Assembly: GCA_014860445.1 (NCBI GenBank)
Contig: JACZJT010000018.1
Coordinates: 13,295-77,294, forward strand
DNA: 64,000 nt
Reading direction: 5' to 3'
Source of the DNA: Burkholderiales bacterium
GTDB taxonomy: Bacteria > Pseudomonadota > Gammaproteobacteria > Burkholderiales > SG8-39
Positions 56,308-64,000 of the stretch are shown in pieces; the stretch's first letter is position 1, and each line of letters begins with the position of its first letter. The position numbers and the translations under genes were made by a program. A model generated the notes under the pieces. That model worked only from the letters and a program-made list of their open reading frames with translations, was not told where the DNA came from and searched no databases.

Positions 56308-57618
56308 TCAAACCGACGCCCGAGCGGCAAGGGCCCGGCGCTCCTGGGCGCGTCCGAGCGCAAGCGCAAGCATCAACCAGCCGCCCGCCAGTGGCACCGT
56401 GGCAAACGAAATCGTCGACAACTCGAGTCCGGCCGCGCGCAGAAATGAAAACAGCCAGCCGCTGACCGCGTCCGCACCGCGGAATACGACGACGTCGATA
56501 AGGTTCTTCGCCTTGTACTTCTCCTCTCGATCCAGCACCGTGAAAAGCACTTCACGGGCGGGATTCGAAATCGCGAAATTTGCGGTTCTCTGAATCGCCT
56601 GGAACGCGATCACGACGAGCAGCATGGGGGAGAACGCCAGTGCGAGAAATCCCAGCGCAAAAACAAGAGGCAGGACGGCCGCCGCGCTACCCGCACCGAA
56701 ACGCGCCATAAAGCGCCCTGTGGCAAAGAACTGAACCAGGATGGTCAGTATTCCGATCGCCAGATCGATGCTCGCAAAAATGCGCGTGCGCACAGCGGGG
56801 TCATCGGAGCTTGCGGCAACAATGTGCGCCTGCTGCAAATAAAGAAATGTTCCTGCCAGCGACAGCAGGCTCACCCAAAGGGCAATCCCCGCGAGATAGC
56901 GCGAGCGCAGCACCAGGGCGATGCCGGCAAGCCAGCCGCCACCTAAACCGCTGGGGCGCGCCATGGCAATCGTTTCCGGCGCACTCGCGGCCACCGGCGC
57001 TGTATCCGCGCCCGGCGCTGCGATCGACTCCAGCCGGCGTGCGCACAGTATCGCCAGTTCCAGGAACAGCGCCGCGACCAGCAGCAGATTGACCGGGCCC
57101 AGAGGCAGCGCCAGCCCTACGGTCAGCGCCGGACCGAGCAGCGCGCCTGCGGAACCGCCCGCGGCGATGAAGCCGAACAGGCGCTTCGCCTGCCCGCTGG
57201 TGTACAAATCCGCCATGAACGACCAGAACACGGACACCGCGAACAGATTGAATACGCTGATCCAGACAAAGAAGACGCGTGCGACCTGCACTTTGCCTGC
57301 GTCGAAACTGAGCAACAGCCAGAACACCACAATGTTGGCGACAAAGAAATGATAGACCAGTGGAACAAAGCGCCGCCGCGGCAGGCGCGCGACCGTGGCG
57401 CCGAATACGGGAACCGCGGCCAGCATCACGAAAAATGTCGCGGTAAACAACCATTGCAGATTGCGCACGCCGCCCGCTATTCCCATTTCATCGCGCAGCG
57501 GCCGCAACACGTAATAACCGCACAGGAGGCAGAAGAAATACGCAAATGACCAGGCCAGCGCCGGCCCCTCGCCCGGGCGCAACACGACGACGCGGCGGAA
57601 AACCTCAATCGCTTTCAT
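56308..57618 (-). CDS. MFS-type transporter related to TLC (ATP/ADP translocase-like, Npt) proteins
   Basis: 436 aa with about 12 TM segments. The N-terminal ..FFCLLCGYYVLRPLRDEMG.. pattern is seen in TLC-like carriers. The assignment is by motif memory only. Confidence 0.65.
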   Translation of the reverse strand: MKAIEVFRRVVVLRPGEGPALAWSFAYFFCLLCGYYVLRPLRDEMGIAGGVRNLQWLFTATFFVMLAAVPVFGATVARLPRRRFVPLVYHFFVANIVVFWLLLSFDAGKVQVARVFFVWISVFNLFAVSVFWSFMADLYTSGQAKRLFGFIAAGGSAGALLGPALTVGLALPLGPVNLLLVAALFLELAILCARRLESIAAPGADTAPVAASAPETIAMARPSGLGGGWLAGIALVLRSRYLAGIALWVSLLSLAGTFLYLQQAHIVAASSDDPAVRTRIFASIDLAIGILTILVQFFATGRFMARFGAGSAAAVLPLVFALGFLALAFSPMLLVVIAFQAIQRTANFAISNPAREVLFTVLDREEKYKAKNLIDVVVFRGADAVSGWLFSFLRAAGLELSTISFATVPLAGGWLMLALALGRAQERRALAARASV

Positions 57619-57760
57619 CGGACATCTACAGAGCGGGTGGTGTTCATGTTATAAATCACCGGGTACCGACCGACGCAATTGTAGGGGTAAACACGGTTCT
57701 TTCCCGGTTCCTTCTCATTTGCACCGGCATTTAATTCAAGCCCCCACTCCTGGCGAAACC

Positions 57761-58387
57761 ATGCATCCCTCCAACAACACCATGTCTGCCATGGAAATCG
57801 TCCGCGCGATCTCCCGGGAAGAGATGGCCGCCCTGCCGATCCGGCGCTATGAAGGCGAAGTGTCACTGATACGGACGCCGTCCGATCTGGAGCGCGCGCG
57901 GACGGACTTGCTGCAGGAGCCGGTGGTCGGGTTCGATACCGAGACACGTCCGGCGTTCAGGAAGGGCGAAACGCACCTGCCCTGCCTGGTACAGGCGGCC
58001 AGCGCGCGCCGCGTCTATCTGTTCCAGTTGCGCGAACCGCTGGCGTTTCCGGTTCTCGCGGCATTGCTGACGCAGGCGGAAGTGATGAAGGTTGGTGTCG
58101 CACTCGCGAACGATTTGCGCGCACTCAATCAATTGTTCCCTTTTGAGGAGCGAAATATCGTCGATCTGGGCAGTCTTGCCAGGCGTTCCCGCATGGAGCA
58201 GACCGGGGTGCGCAATCTCGCCGGAATTCTACTCGGCGTACGGATTCCCAAGGGCGCGCGCACTTCGAACTGGGCCAGCCCGCAGTTGTCGGCTGCACAG
58301 ATTACCTACGCCGCAACGGACGCCTGGATATGCCGCGAATTGTTTCTGGAATTCCAGCGGCGAGGTCTCGCGCAGAGGAGCGCCTGA
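57761..58387 (+). CDS. 3'-5' exonuclease domain protein (RNase D/DnaQ-like)
   Basis: ORF trimmed to the ATG at 57761. ..VVGFDTETRP.. is ExoI, ..KVGVALANDLRAL.. is ExoII and ..YAATDAW.. is ExoIII. Confidence 0.8.
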   Translation: MHPSNNTMSAMEIVRAISREEMAALPIRRYEGEVSLIRTPSDLERARTDLLQEPVVGFDTETRPAFRKGETHLPCLVQAASARRVYLFQLREPLAFPVLAALLTQAEVMKVGVALANDLRALNQLFPFEERNIVDLGSLARRSRMEQTGVRNLAGILLGVRIPKGARTSNWASPQLSAAQITYAATDAWICRELFLEFQRRGLAQRSA

Positions 58388-58599
58388 GCGGATCCGTCTG
58401 CGCCGGCCGCGGTCGAATTCAAGCTGATTCCTGTTATAATTCAACGCACTTGCCCGGCGCCACGACGATCTAGTGCGGCGTACGCGCAAAGCGTGGCTGA
58501 GGAAACTTCGATTTGGTCAGCGACAAAATCAAAGCTTCCTCCGACCCGTGTGCAACCCTTGCCTGCACCGCTCAGGCTTAACCGGGGAGGAAACGATAT

Positions 58600-58788
58600 A
58601 TGCATGTCATTTGGCGCTTTTACATCGACGACGGTCAGCGATGGAATTGGCAGCAGATCGGTGCCGGCCAGGCCGTGGTGGCGGAATCGTCCAAGGGATA
58701 CACCAATTACGAGGCCTGTCTGGCCAACGCGAAAGCCAGGGGCTATGTATATCTGCCGCCTCAGGCCAAGCAAGCGCCGGGGCGCTGA
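58600..58788 (+). CDS. Small hypothetical protein (possibly YegP/DUF1508-like)
   Basis: 62 aa with GGGGAGGA upstream. WRFYIDDGQRWNWQQIGAGQAVVAESSKGYTNYEACLANAKARGY loosely resembles the YegP repeat pattern. Confidence 0.4.
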   Translation: MHVIWRFYIDDGQRWNWQQIGAGQAVVAESSKGYTNYEACLANAKARGYVYLPPQAKQAPGR

Positions 58789-58855
58789 TCCGGCGATGAA
58801 CTGAGGGGCGCGCCCCGCATGTCGCGGGACAACGATATCCCGCCGGCACGAAAAA

Positions 58856-58932
58856 TGGGGTGGCTGATGGGGCTCGAACCCACGACAACCGGAATCACAA
58901 TCCGGGACTCTACCAACTGAGCTACAGCCACC
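58856..58932 (-). tRNA. tRNA-His (anticodon GTG)
   Basis: The reverse complement GGTGGCTGTAGCTCAGTTGGTAGAGTCCCGGATTGTGATTCCGGTTGTCGTGGGTTCGAGCCCCATCAGCCACCCCA folds as a cloverleaf. It has the His-specific extra 5' G, the anticodon loop TTGTGAT and an encoded CCA. Confidence 0.95.
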
Positions 58933-58944
58933 ACTGAATAATTC

Positions 58945-59021
58945 TGGCGTGCCCGGCGGGGATCGAACCCACAACCCCCAGCTTAGAAGGCTGGTGCTCT
59001 ATCCGATTGAGCTACGGGCAC
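58945..59021 (-). tRNA. tRNA-Arg (anticodon TCT)
   Basis: Reverse complement GTGCCCGTAGCTCAATCGGATAGAGCACCAGCCTTCTAAGCTGGGGGTTGTGGGTTCGATCCCCGCCGGGCACGCCA. Acceptor stem GTGCCCG/CGGGCAC, anticodon loop CTTCTAA, T-loop TTCGATC. Confidence 0.95.
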
Positions 59022-59079
59022 TCCCATCGGCGGGCCACGCGTGACGCACCCGCACCTGGTGTAGCAGCGGGCTATTAGC

Positions 59080-59156
59080 TGGTCGGGGTGGAGAGATTTG
59101 AACTCCCGACATCCTGGTCCCAAACCAGGCGCGCTACCAGGCTGCGCTACACCCCG
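59080..59156 (-). tRNA. tRNA-Pro (anticodon TGG)
   Basis: Reverse complement CGGGGTGTAGCGCAGCCTGGTAGCGCGCCTGGTTTGGGACCAGGATGTCGGGAGTTCAAATCTCTCCACCCCGACCA. Acceptor stem CGGGGTG/CACCCCG, anticodon loop TTTGGGA. Confidence 0.95.
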
Positions 59157-59300
59157 AGCGGAGTCGCATGATACTCTGCCACCCCGTGATGGTCAACGCA
59201 GACGACTGTGGCGCTGCACCGGAAAAGATAATAAACTTGCCCACCAACTGAATATCTGATATTAAAGCGCCTTCGTTTTTCGAACTGAGAGTGGTCTGAT

Positions 59301-59732
59301 ATGCCCGCACAACAACAATTGCGCAACAAAACGGTCCCGCCCTACGCCCCGAAAAAAGGCGAAGAGTACATGAACAAGAAGCAGCTCGCGCATTTCCGCA
59401 GCATCCTGGAAGCACTCAAGCTCGAGTTGGGGCAGGATATCGATCGCACCGTTCACACGATGCAGGACGAGGCCACGGTATTTGCGGATCCCAACGACCG
59501 CGCCAGCCAGGAATCAGACATGGCGCTGGAATTGCGCAATCGAGACCGGGAGCGCAAGCTGATCAAGAAGATCGACGAAACCATCGCCAAGATCGACAGC
59601 AAGGACTACGGATATTGCGAGAGCTGCGGCGTTGAGATCGGCCTGAAGCGCCTGGAAGCGCGACCGACGGCGACGCTGTGCATAGACTGCAAGACCCTGG
59701 ACGAATTGAGGGAAAAGCAACTCGCCAAGTAG
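59301..59732 (+). CDS. dksA: RNA polymerase-binding transcription factor DksA
   Basis: 143 aa. It has a coiled-coil region with ..[31 protein letters not shown].. (the DxxDxA tip) and the C4 zinc finger [13 protein letters not shown]. Confidence 0.92.
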   Translation: MPAQQQLRNKTVPPYAPKKGEEYMNKKQLAHFRSILEALKLELGQDIDRTVHTMQDEATVFADPNDRASQESDMALELRNRDRERKLIKKIDETIAKIDSKDYGYCESCGVEIGLKRLEARPTATLCIDCKTLDELREKQLAK

Positions 59733-59799
59733 GCGAGTTGCTTTCAGTGAAGACTAACCTGGCGCGCAGCGCCAGGTTATGTCGAAACTAAAAACAAAA

Positions 59800-59827
59800 A
59801 ACGGCGGCTCGATGCCGCCGTTTTTTA
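59800..59827 (+). terminator. Rho-independent terminator downstream of dksA
   Basis: CGGCGGC-TCGAT-GCCGCCG followed by TTTTTT. Two further GC hairpins precede it (59718-59742, spanning the stop codon, and 59758-59776). Confidence 0.75.
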
Positions 59828-59859
59828 TGGTTGAGCCCTTCCAATAACGAACGAAGGAC

Positions 59860-59890
59860 AAAAAAAAGGACGCTCAAGCGTCCTTTTTTA
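59860..59890 (-). terminator. Rho-independent terminator downstream of pnp
   Basis: GGACGC-TCAA-GCGTCC flanked by an A8 run and a T6 run (usable in both directions), 18 nt after the pnp stop (59908). Confidence 0.75.
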
Positions 59891-59907
59891 CCTACGGCAG
59901 GCCCTTA

Positions 59908-62025
59908 TCAGCTTGGCTGTGTCGCACCCGGTTGCTGCGCCTCGGCCTCGACCGCCTTCATCGACAAGCGCAGGCGGCCCTTGTCGTCGGCTTCCAGCAC
60001 TTTGACCTTGACCAGCTGGCCTTCCTTCAGGTGATCCGCCACGCTGGCGACGCGCTGCTGGCTGATCTGCGAAATGTGCAGCAAGCCGTCCTTGCCCGGC
60101 AGCACGCTGACGATCGCACCGAAATCGAGCAACTTCAGGACCGTGCCGTCATACACCTTGCCCACCTCCACGTCTGCCGTGATCGCCTCGATACGCTTCC
60201 TCGCCAGTTCCCCGCCCTCGGAACTGATGCAGGCGATGCTGACCGTACCGTCGTCCTCGATGTCGATGGTGGTGCCGGTCTCTTCGGTCAGCGCACGAAT
60301 GACCGCCCCGCCCTTGCCGATCACGTCGCGGATCTTGTCCGGATTGATCTTGATTTTGATGATGCGCGGAGCAAAAGTCGAAATATCCGAGCGCGACGAC
60401 GGCAGCACCTCCGTCATCTTCTCCAAAATCACCATGCGTCCTTCGCGCGCCTGCGATAGCGCAACCTGCATGATTTCCTTGGTGATGCCCTCGATCTTGA
60501 TGTCCATCTGCAGCGCGGTGACGCCGTTGTCGGTGCCCGCAACCTTGAAATCCATGTCGCCGAGGTGATCCTCGTCGCCGAGAATGTCGGTGAGCACGGC
60601 GAAACGGTTGCCTTCCTTGATCAGCCCCATGGCGATACCGGCCACGTGCGACTTCATCGGCACACCGGCATCCATCAAGGCCAGGCTACCGCCGCACACC
60701 GAGGCCATCGAACTCGAGCCGTTGGACTCGGTGATTTCCGACACCACGCGCATGCTGTAGCCGAATTCCTCAACCGAGGGTAGTGTCGCCAGCAACGCAC
60801 GCTTGGCGAGGCGCCCGTGACCGATCTCGCGGCGCTTGGGCGTACCGACACGGCCGGTTTCGCCGGTGGCGTACGGAGGGAAGTTGTAATGCAGCATGAA
60901 GCGGTCTTTATACTCGCCCATCAAGGCATCAATGATCTGCGAGTCGCGTGCCGTGCCCAGCGTCGCGACTACGATCGCCTGGGTTTCGCCGCGTGTGAAC
61001 AGCGCCGAGCCGTGGGTGCGCGGCAGCACGCCCAGACGGATGGTGATCGGGCGCACGGTGCGCGTGTCGCGGCCGTCTATGCGCGGCTCGCCGTCGAGAA
61101 TCTGGTTGCGCACGATCTTCGATTCCAGCGCGAAGCAGATCTCCTTTGCAGCATTCGCGTCGGGCCCGCCCTCGGTTCCGACACCGATATCGGCAAACAC
61201 GCGCTTCCAGATGGCGTCGATGGCCGCGGTGCGCGCCTGTTTCTCCTTGACCTGAAATGCCGCGCGCAGATCGGCTTCGGCGAGCGAGGCGACACGCGTG
61301 ATCAGCGTTTCGTCCTTGGCGGGCGGCTGCCAGTCCCACATCGGTTTGGCGGCGGTGTCTGCGAGTTCGTTGATCGCCTTGATCGCTGCCTGCATTTGTT
61401 CGTGCCCGAACATCACCGAGCCCAGCATCACTTCTTCCGACAATTCGTGCGCTTCCGATTCCACCATCAGCACGGCGTGCTCGGTGCCGGCAACCACCAG
61501 GTTGAGCTTTGAATCCTTCAACTGGGTCGCAGTCGGATTGAGTATGTACTGGCCGTTTGCATAACCGACGCGGGCGGCGCCGATCGGGCCGTTGAACGGA
61601 ATCCCGGACAGGGTCAGGGCGGCCGAAACGCCTATCAACGCGGCGATGTCAGGATCGACTTCCGGATCAACCGACATGACCGTCGCCACGACCTGAACTT
61701 CATTGTAGAAGCCATCAGGAAACAGCGGGCGGATGGGACGGTCGATCAGGCGTGAAGTAAGAACCTCTTTTTCCGAAGGCCTGCCCTCGCGCTTGAAAAA
61801 ACCACCCGGGATTTTGCCCGCGGCATAGGTCTTCTCGATGTAATCCACTGTGAGCGGGAAAAAATCCTGCCCCGATCTGGCCTGTTTGGAGCCGACCACC
61901 GAGCACAGCACGACGGTATCGTCCATGCTCACCATGACTGCTCCGCCGGCCTGGCGCGCGATCTCGCCCGTTTCCAGGGTCACTTGATGGGCACCGTAGG
62001 TAAAAGTTTTTTTGACTGGATTCAA
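59908..62025 (-). CDS. pnp: Polyribonucleotide nucleotidyltransferase (PNPase)
   Basis: 705 aa with a TTG start after AAGGA. ..[15 protein letters not shown].., two RNase PH domains, then KH and S1 domains (..[18 protein letters not shown]..). Confidence 0.97.
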   Translation of the reverse strand: MNPVKKTFTYGAHQVTLETGEIARQAGGAVMVSMDDTVVLCSVVGSKQARSGQDFFPLTVDYIEKTYAAGKIPGGFFKREGRPSEKEVLTSRLIDRPIRPLFPDGFYNEVQVVATVMSVDPEVDPDIAALIGVSAALTLSGIPFNGPIGAARVGYANGQYILNPTATQLKDSKLNLVVAGTEHAVLMVESEAHELSEEVMLGSVMFGHEQMQAAIKAINELADTAAKPMWDWQPPAKDETLITRVASLAEADLRAAFQVKEKQARTAAIDAIWKRVFADIGVGTEGGPDANAAKEICFALESKIVRNQILDGEPRIDGRDTRTVRPITIRLGVLPRTHGSALFTRGETQAIVVATLGTARDSQIIDALMGEYKDRFMLHYNFPPYATGETGRVGTPKRREIGHGRLAKRALLATLPSVEEFGYSMRVVSEITESNGSSSMASVCGGSLALMDAGVPMKSHVAGIAMGLIKEGNRFAVLTDILGDEDHLGDMDFKVAGTDNGVTALQMDIKIEGITKEIMQVALSQAREGRMVILEKMTEVLPSSRSDISTFAPRIIKIKINPDKIRDVIGKGGAVIRALTEETGTTIDIEDDGTVSIACISSEGGELARKRIEAITADVEVGKVYDGTVLKLLDFGAIVSVLPGKDGLLHISQISQQRVASVADHLKEGQLVKVKVLEADDKGRLRLSMKAVEAEAQQPGATQPS

Positions 62026-62107
62026 GGTATTGTCCTTTGCAATGGGCGCTCAGGGCGCCTGCGATCAGAAACGGGAAGGGGCTGCTTCTGGAACATCGAA
62101 ATAGCCC

Positions 62108-62146
62108 GCTGAAAAAGCAAAACGCCCGTCGCGATGCGACGGGCGT
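62108..62146 (-). terminator. rpsO terminator / pnp-leader hairpin
   Basis: On the minus strand, ACGCCCGTCGC-ATC-GCGACGGGCGT (11-bp stem) is followed by TTTGCTTTTTC, in the 128-nt rpsO-pnp spacer. Confidence 0.7.
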
Positions 62147-62153
62147 CTGGGTT

Positions 62154-62429
62154 TTACTTGCGCAGGCCCAAGCGCTCGATCAGGCCGCGGTAGCCGTCCG
62201 CGTTCTTGCGCTTGAGATAGTCGAGCAGCTTGCGCCGCTGGCTGACCATTCGCAACAGGCCGCGGCGGGAGTGGTGGTCTTTGACGTTAGTCTTGAAATG
62301 GCCGGTCAGTTCGTTGATTCGCGTTGTCAGCAACGCAACCTGCACTTCCGGGGAACCGGTGTCGCCTTTGGCGCGCTGGAAATCGTTGATAACTTGCGCT
62401 TTATGCGCCGTGGTAAATGGCATACTCAT
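62154..62429 (-). CDS. rpsO: 30S ribosomal protein S15
   Basis: ..[51 protein letters not shown]... The start may instead be the second ATG (62423). Confidence 0.95.
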   Translation of the reverse strand: MSMPFTTAHKAQVINDFQRAKGDTGSPEVQVALLTTRINELTGHFKTNVKDHHSRRGLLRMVSQRRKLLDYLKRKNADGYRGLIERLGLRK

Positions 62430-62497
62430 GCTCTCCTGGGTCGGTTCTTCGTCGCTGCAGCAAAGGCGCGGATTTTACACCGAAAACGAGTGGTTTT

Positions 62498-63448
62498 TCA
62501 AGGGTTTTCCGCTATTTTTTGGATTGCGTCCGCCCCAAGTGCGCATTGCTGAGCGGCGGCGATTACACGCTTGGGCGAGATCGCACCATCGATGCCCAGT
62601 TCGCCTACGCCCAGCAGCGTCCCATCGCTGCCATAAACGCGCACACGCGGCTGCGGCGGCCCGGCCCAGGGCACGACCTGTCCCTGCAGGAATCGCGCCT
62701 GCTGTGCGGGCTCCAGGCAAACCTCAGGCAGTTCCTGCAACAATGTGTCCGCCGGCAGCAGACATCGATCGCGTTCGGCTTCGGACATCGCCTCCAGGTC
62801 TTGCAGGGTATGCGCACTGTCAAGCCCGAACCTGCCGGCTGCGCTTCGGCGTAGCGCGGCGAGATGCGCTCCGCAACCGAGCAATTCGCCGAGGTCATGG
62901 GCGATCGAACGGATGTACGTGCCTTTGCTGCAAGTGATTGACAAAGCGAGCCGGTCGCCTTCGAACCATTGCAGTACCAGCGCGTGGATCGTAACGCGGC
63001 GCGGGGCGCGCGCTATGTCGATGCCGGCTCGCGCATAGGCGTAAAGCGGCTTGCCTGCGTGCTTGAGCGCCGAATACAGCGGCGGAGTCTGCTGGATCTC
63101 GCCGCGAAACGCATTCAACGCTGCGACAAGCTGCTCCGCGGTGACCTTGACCGCTCGCGTTGCGAGTACTTCGCCCTCCGCGTCGGCGGTGGCGGTACTC
63201 ACGCCCAGTTTGATCTGCGCGAGATAGCTCTTGTCGGCGTCGAGCAGGTCGGACGAAAATTTTGTTGCCTCGCCGAAAAGCACCGGCAATAATCCGGTCG
63301 CGAGCGGGTCCAGCGTGCCGGCGTGTCCGGCTTTCGCAGCCTGATACAGTCGCTTGGCCTGCTGCAAAGCCGCATTCGAACTCGCCCCCAGCGCCTTGTC
63401 CAGCATCAGCACGCCGTTCAAAGGACGTTTGATACGAGGCGCTTGCAC
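62498..63448 (-). CDS. truB: tRNA pseudouridine(55) synthase
   Basis: The long ORF 62498-63844 overlaps rbfA. The likely start is the GTG at 63446-63448, which shares one base with the rbfA TAG (TAGTG). ..NGVLMLDKALGASSN.. and ..KAGHAGTLDPLATGLLPVLFGEATK.. contain the catalytic Asp motif. Confidence 0.88.
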   Translation of the reverse strand: MQAPRIKRPLNGVLMLDKALGASSNAALQQAKRLYQAAKAGHAGTLDPLATGLLPVLFGEATKFSSDLLDADKSYLAQIKLGVSTATADAEGEVLATRAVKVTAEQLVAALNAFRGEIQQTPPLYSALKHAGKPLYAYARAGIDIARAPRRVTIHALVLQWFEGDRLALSITCSKGTYIRSIAHDLGELLGCGAHLAALRRSAAGRFGLDSAHTLQDLEAMSEAERDRCLLPADTLLQELPEVCLEPAQQARFLQGQVVPWAGPPQPRVRVYGSDGTLLGVGELGIDGAISPKRVIAAAQQCALGADAIQKIAENP

Positions 63449-63816
63449 TAGTCGCGCGGTTCCTTGCTGTCGGCGACCGCCTCGTCGATCAGGCGCGACA
63501 ACTCGAAGCCGCGCTCGACCGATGCGTCGTACACAAAATGCAACTGGGGTATGGAATGCAGCTTGATCCTGCGCGCAATCTGGCTGCGCAAAAATCCGTT
63601 GGCCTTGTTCAGACCGATCTCGGTTTCGGCGCGCTGTTCGGCATCGCCCATCAGCGTATAGAACACCTTGGCGTGCGAATAATCGTTCGTCACTTCCACG
63701 CCGGTAAGCGTGATCATCGCGACGCGCGGGTCTTTCAGCTCGGTACGTATGATCTCGGCCAGTTCGCGCTGAATCTGGTCGGCTACGCGCAAGCTGCGGG
63801 CGGGGCCTTTGGGCAT
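63448..63816 (-). CDS. rbfA: Ribosome-binding factor A
   Basis: 122 aa. ..RVADQIQRELAEIIRTELKDPR..ITLTGVEVTNDYSHAKVFYT... Confidence 0.93.
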   Translation of the reverse strand: MPKGPARSLRVADQIQRELAEIIRTELKDPRVAMITLTGVEVTNDYSHAKVFYTLMGDAEQRAETEIGLNKANGFLRSQIARRIKLHSIPQLHFVYDASVERGFELSRLIDEAVADSKEPRD

Positions 63817-63863
63817 GCAAATACCTCTGGTGCGTGGAGGGCAAATTTGCCTGCCGGCGAACC

Positions 63864-64000
63864 CTACAGCGTCCTGGCGACTTCCAGCACTTCGTACGCT
63901 TCGAGCTGGTCGCCTTCCTTGATGTCGTTATAGTTCTTCAGCGACAGTCCGCACTCGAATCCCGCCTTTACTTCGCGAACGTCGTCCTTGAAGCGCTTGA
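63864..64000 (-). CDS. infB: Translation initiation factor IF-2 (C-terminal end only; gene continues beyond the window end)
   Basis: Reverse translation gives ..[44 protein letters not shown] with the stop at 63864-63866. The position upstream of rbfA-truB is canonical. Confidence 0.88.
   Translation of the reverse strand, partial: KRFKDDVREVKAGFECGLSLKNYNDIKEGDQLEAYEVLEVARTL

Noticed and set aside
53923-56448. 841-aa plus-strand ORF, the longest unassigned ORF in the track
   Set aside because: It lies antisense to three well-supported minus-strand genes (ygiD-like, mandelate-racemase-like, transporter). Its Arg/His/Gln-rich low-complexity translation has no recognisable domain. This is a typical shadow ORF of high-GC DNA.

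Overview
High-GC, densely coding proteobacterial chromosome segment. There is no rRNA, CRISPR array, IS element or integrase, so I cannot assign a taxon. The window has three parts.

(1) 1-28972 is a large accessory catabolic supercluster built around cobalamin (corrinoid)-dependent methyl transfer to tetrahydrofolate.
- A plus-strand operon encodes a corrinoid protein, a URO-D-family methyltransferase, a pterin-binding methyltransferase, a 2Fe-2S/ASKHA reductive activator, a fused MetV-MetF and a DUF1638 protein.
- Two paralogous 640-aa URO-D::B12-binding fusions have the CmuA-type architecture.
- Also present are three PhyH-family Fe(II)/2-oxoglutarate oxygenases, a membrane di-iron hydroxylase, a FAD oxidoreductase and two PanB paralogues.
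- A stand-alone homocysteine methyltransferase and a GntR/FCD regulator complete the enzyme and regulator set.
- Uptake is covered by two DctP-type TRAP systems (one cut by the window edge) and a sugar-type ABC importer. A ParDE toxin-antitoxin pair sits inside the cluster.
- A recurrent palindrome, TGATATATCA, lies in four intergenic promoter regions of the cluster and is a candidate operator.

(2) 28973-58800 is mixed.
- It opens with a 1.5-kb AT-rich gene-poor patch, then TerC, a TAXI-TRAP system next to a 1605-aa NAD-glutamate dehydrogenase, and an MFS transporter.
- A tandem-DUF1538 membrane protein is followed by two translationally coupled PII-like genes.
- Further genes include a parvulin, a GMC oxidoreductase, a ROK kinase, a receiver domain plus USP, and a TPP decarboxylase / Sel1 / YgiD / mandelate-racemase-like group.
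- The part ends with a TLC-like transporter and a 3'-5' exonuclease.

(3) 58800-64000 is housekeeping: tRNA-Pro/Arg/His, dksA, and pnp-rpsO-truB-rbfA-infB (infB partial).

The most interesting signal is the corrinoid/THF demethylation supercluster sitting among O2-dependent oxygenases. Its substrate cannot be named from sequence. The DUF1538 + 2xPII module is a second under-characterised system.
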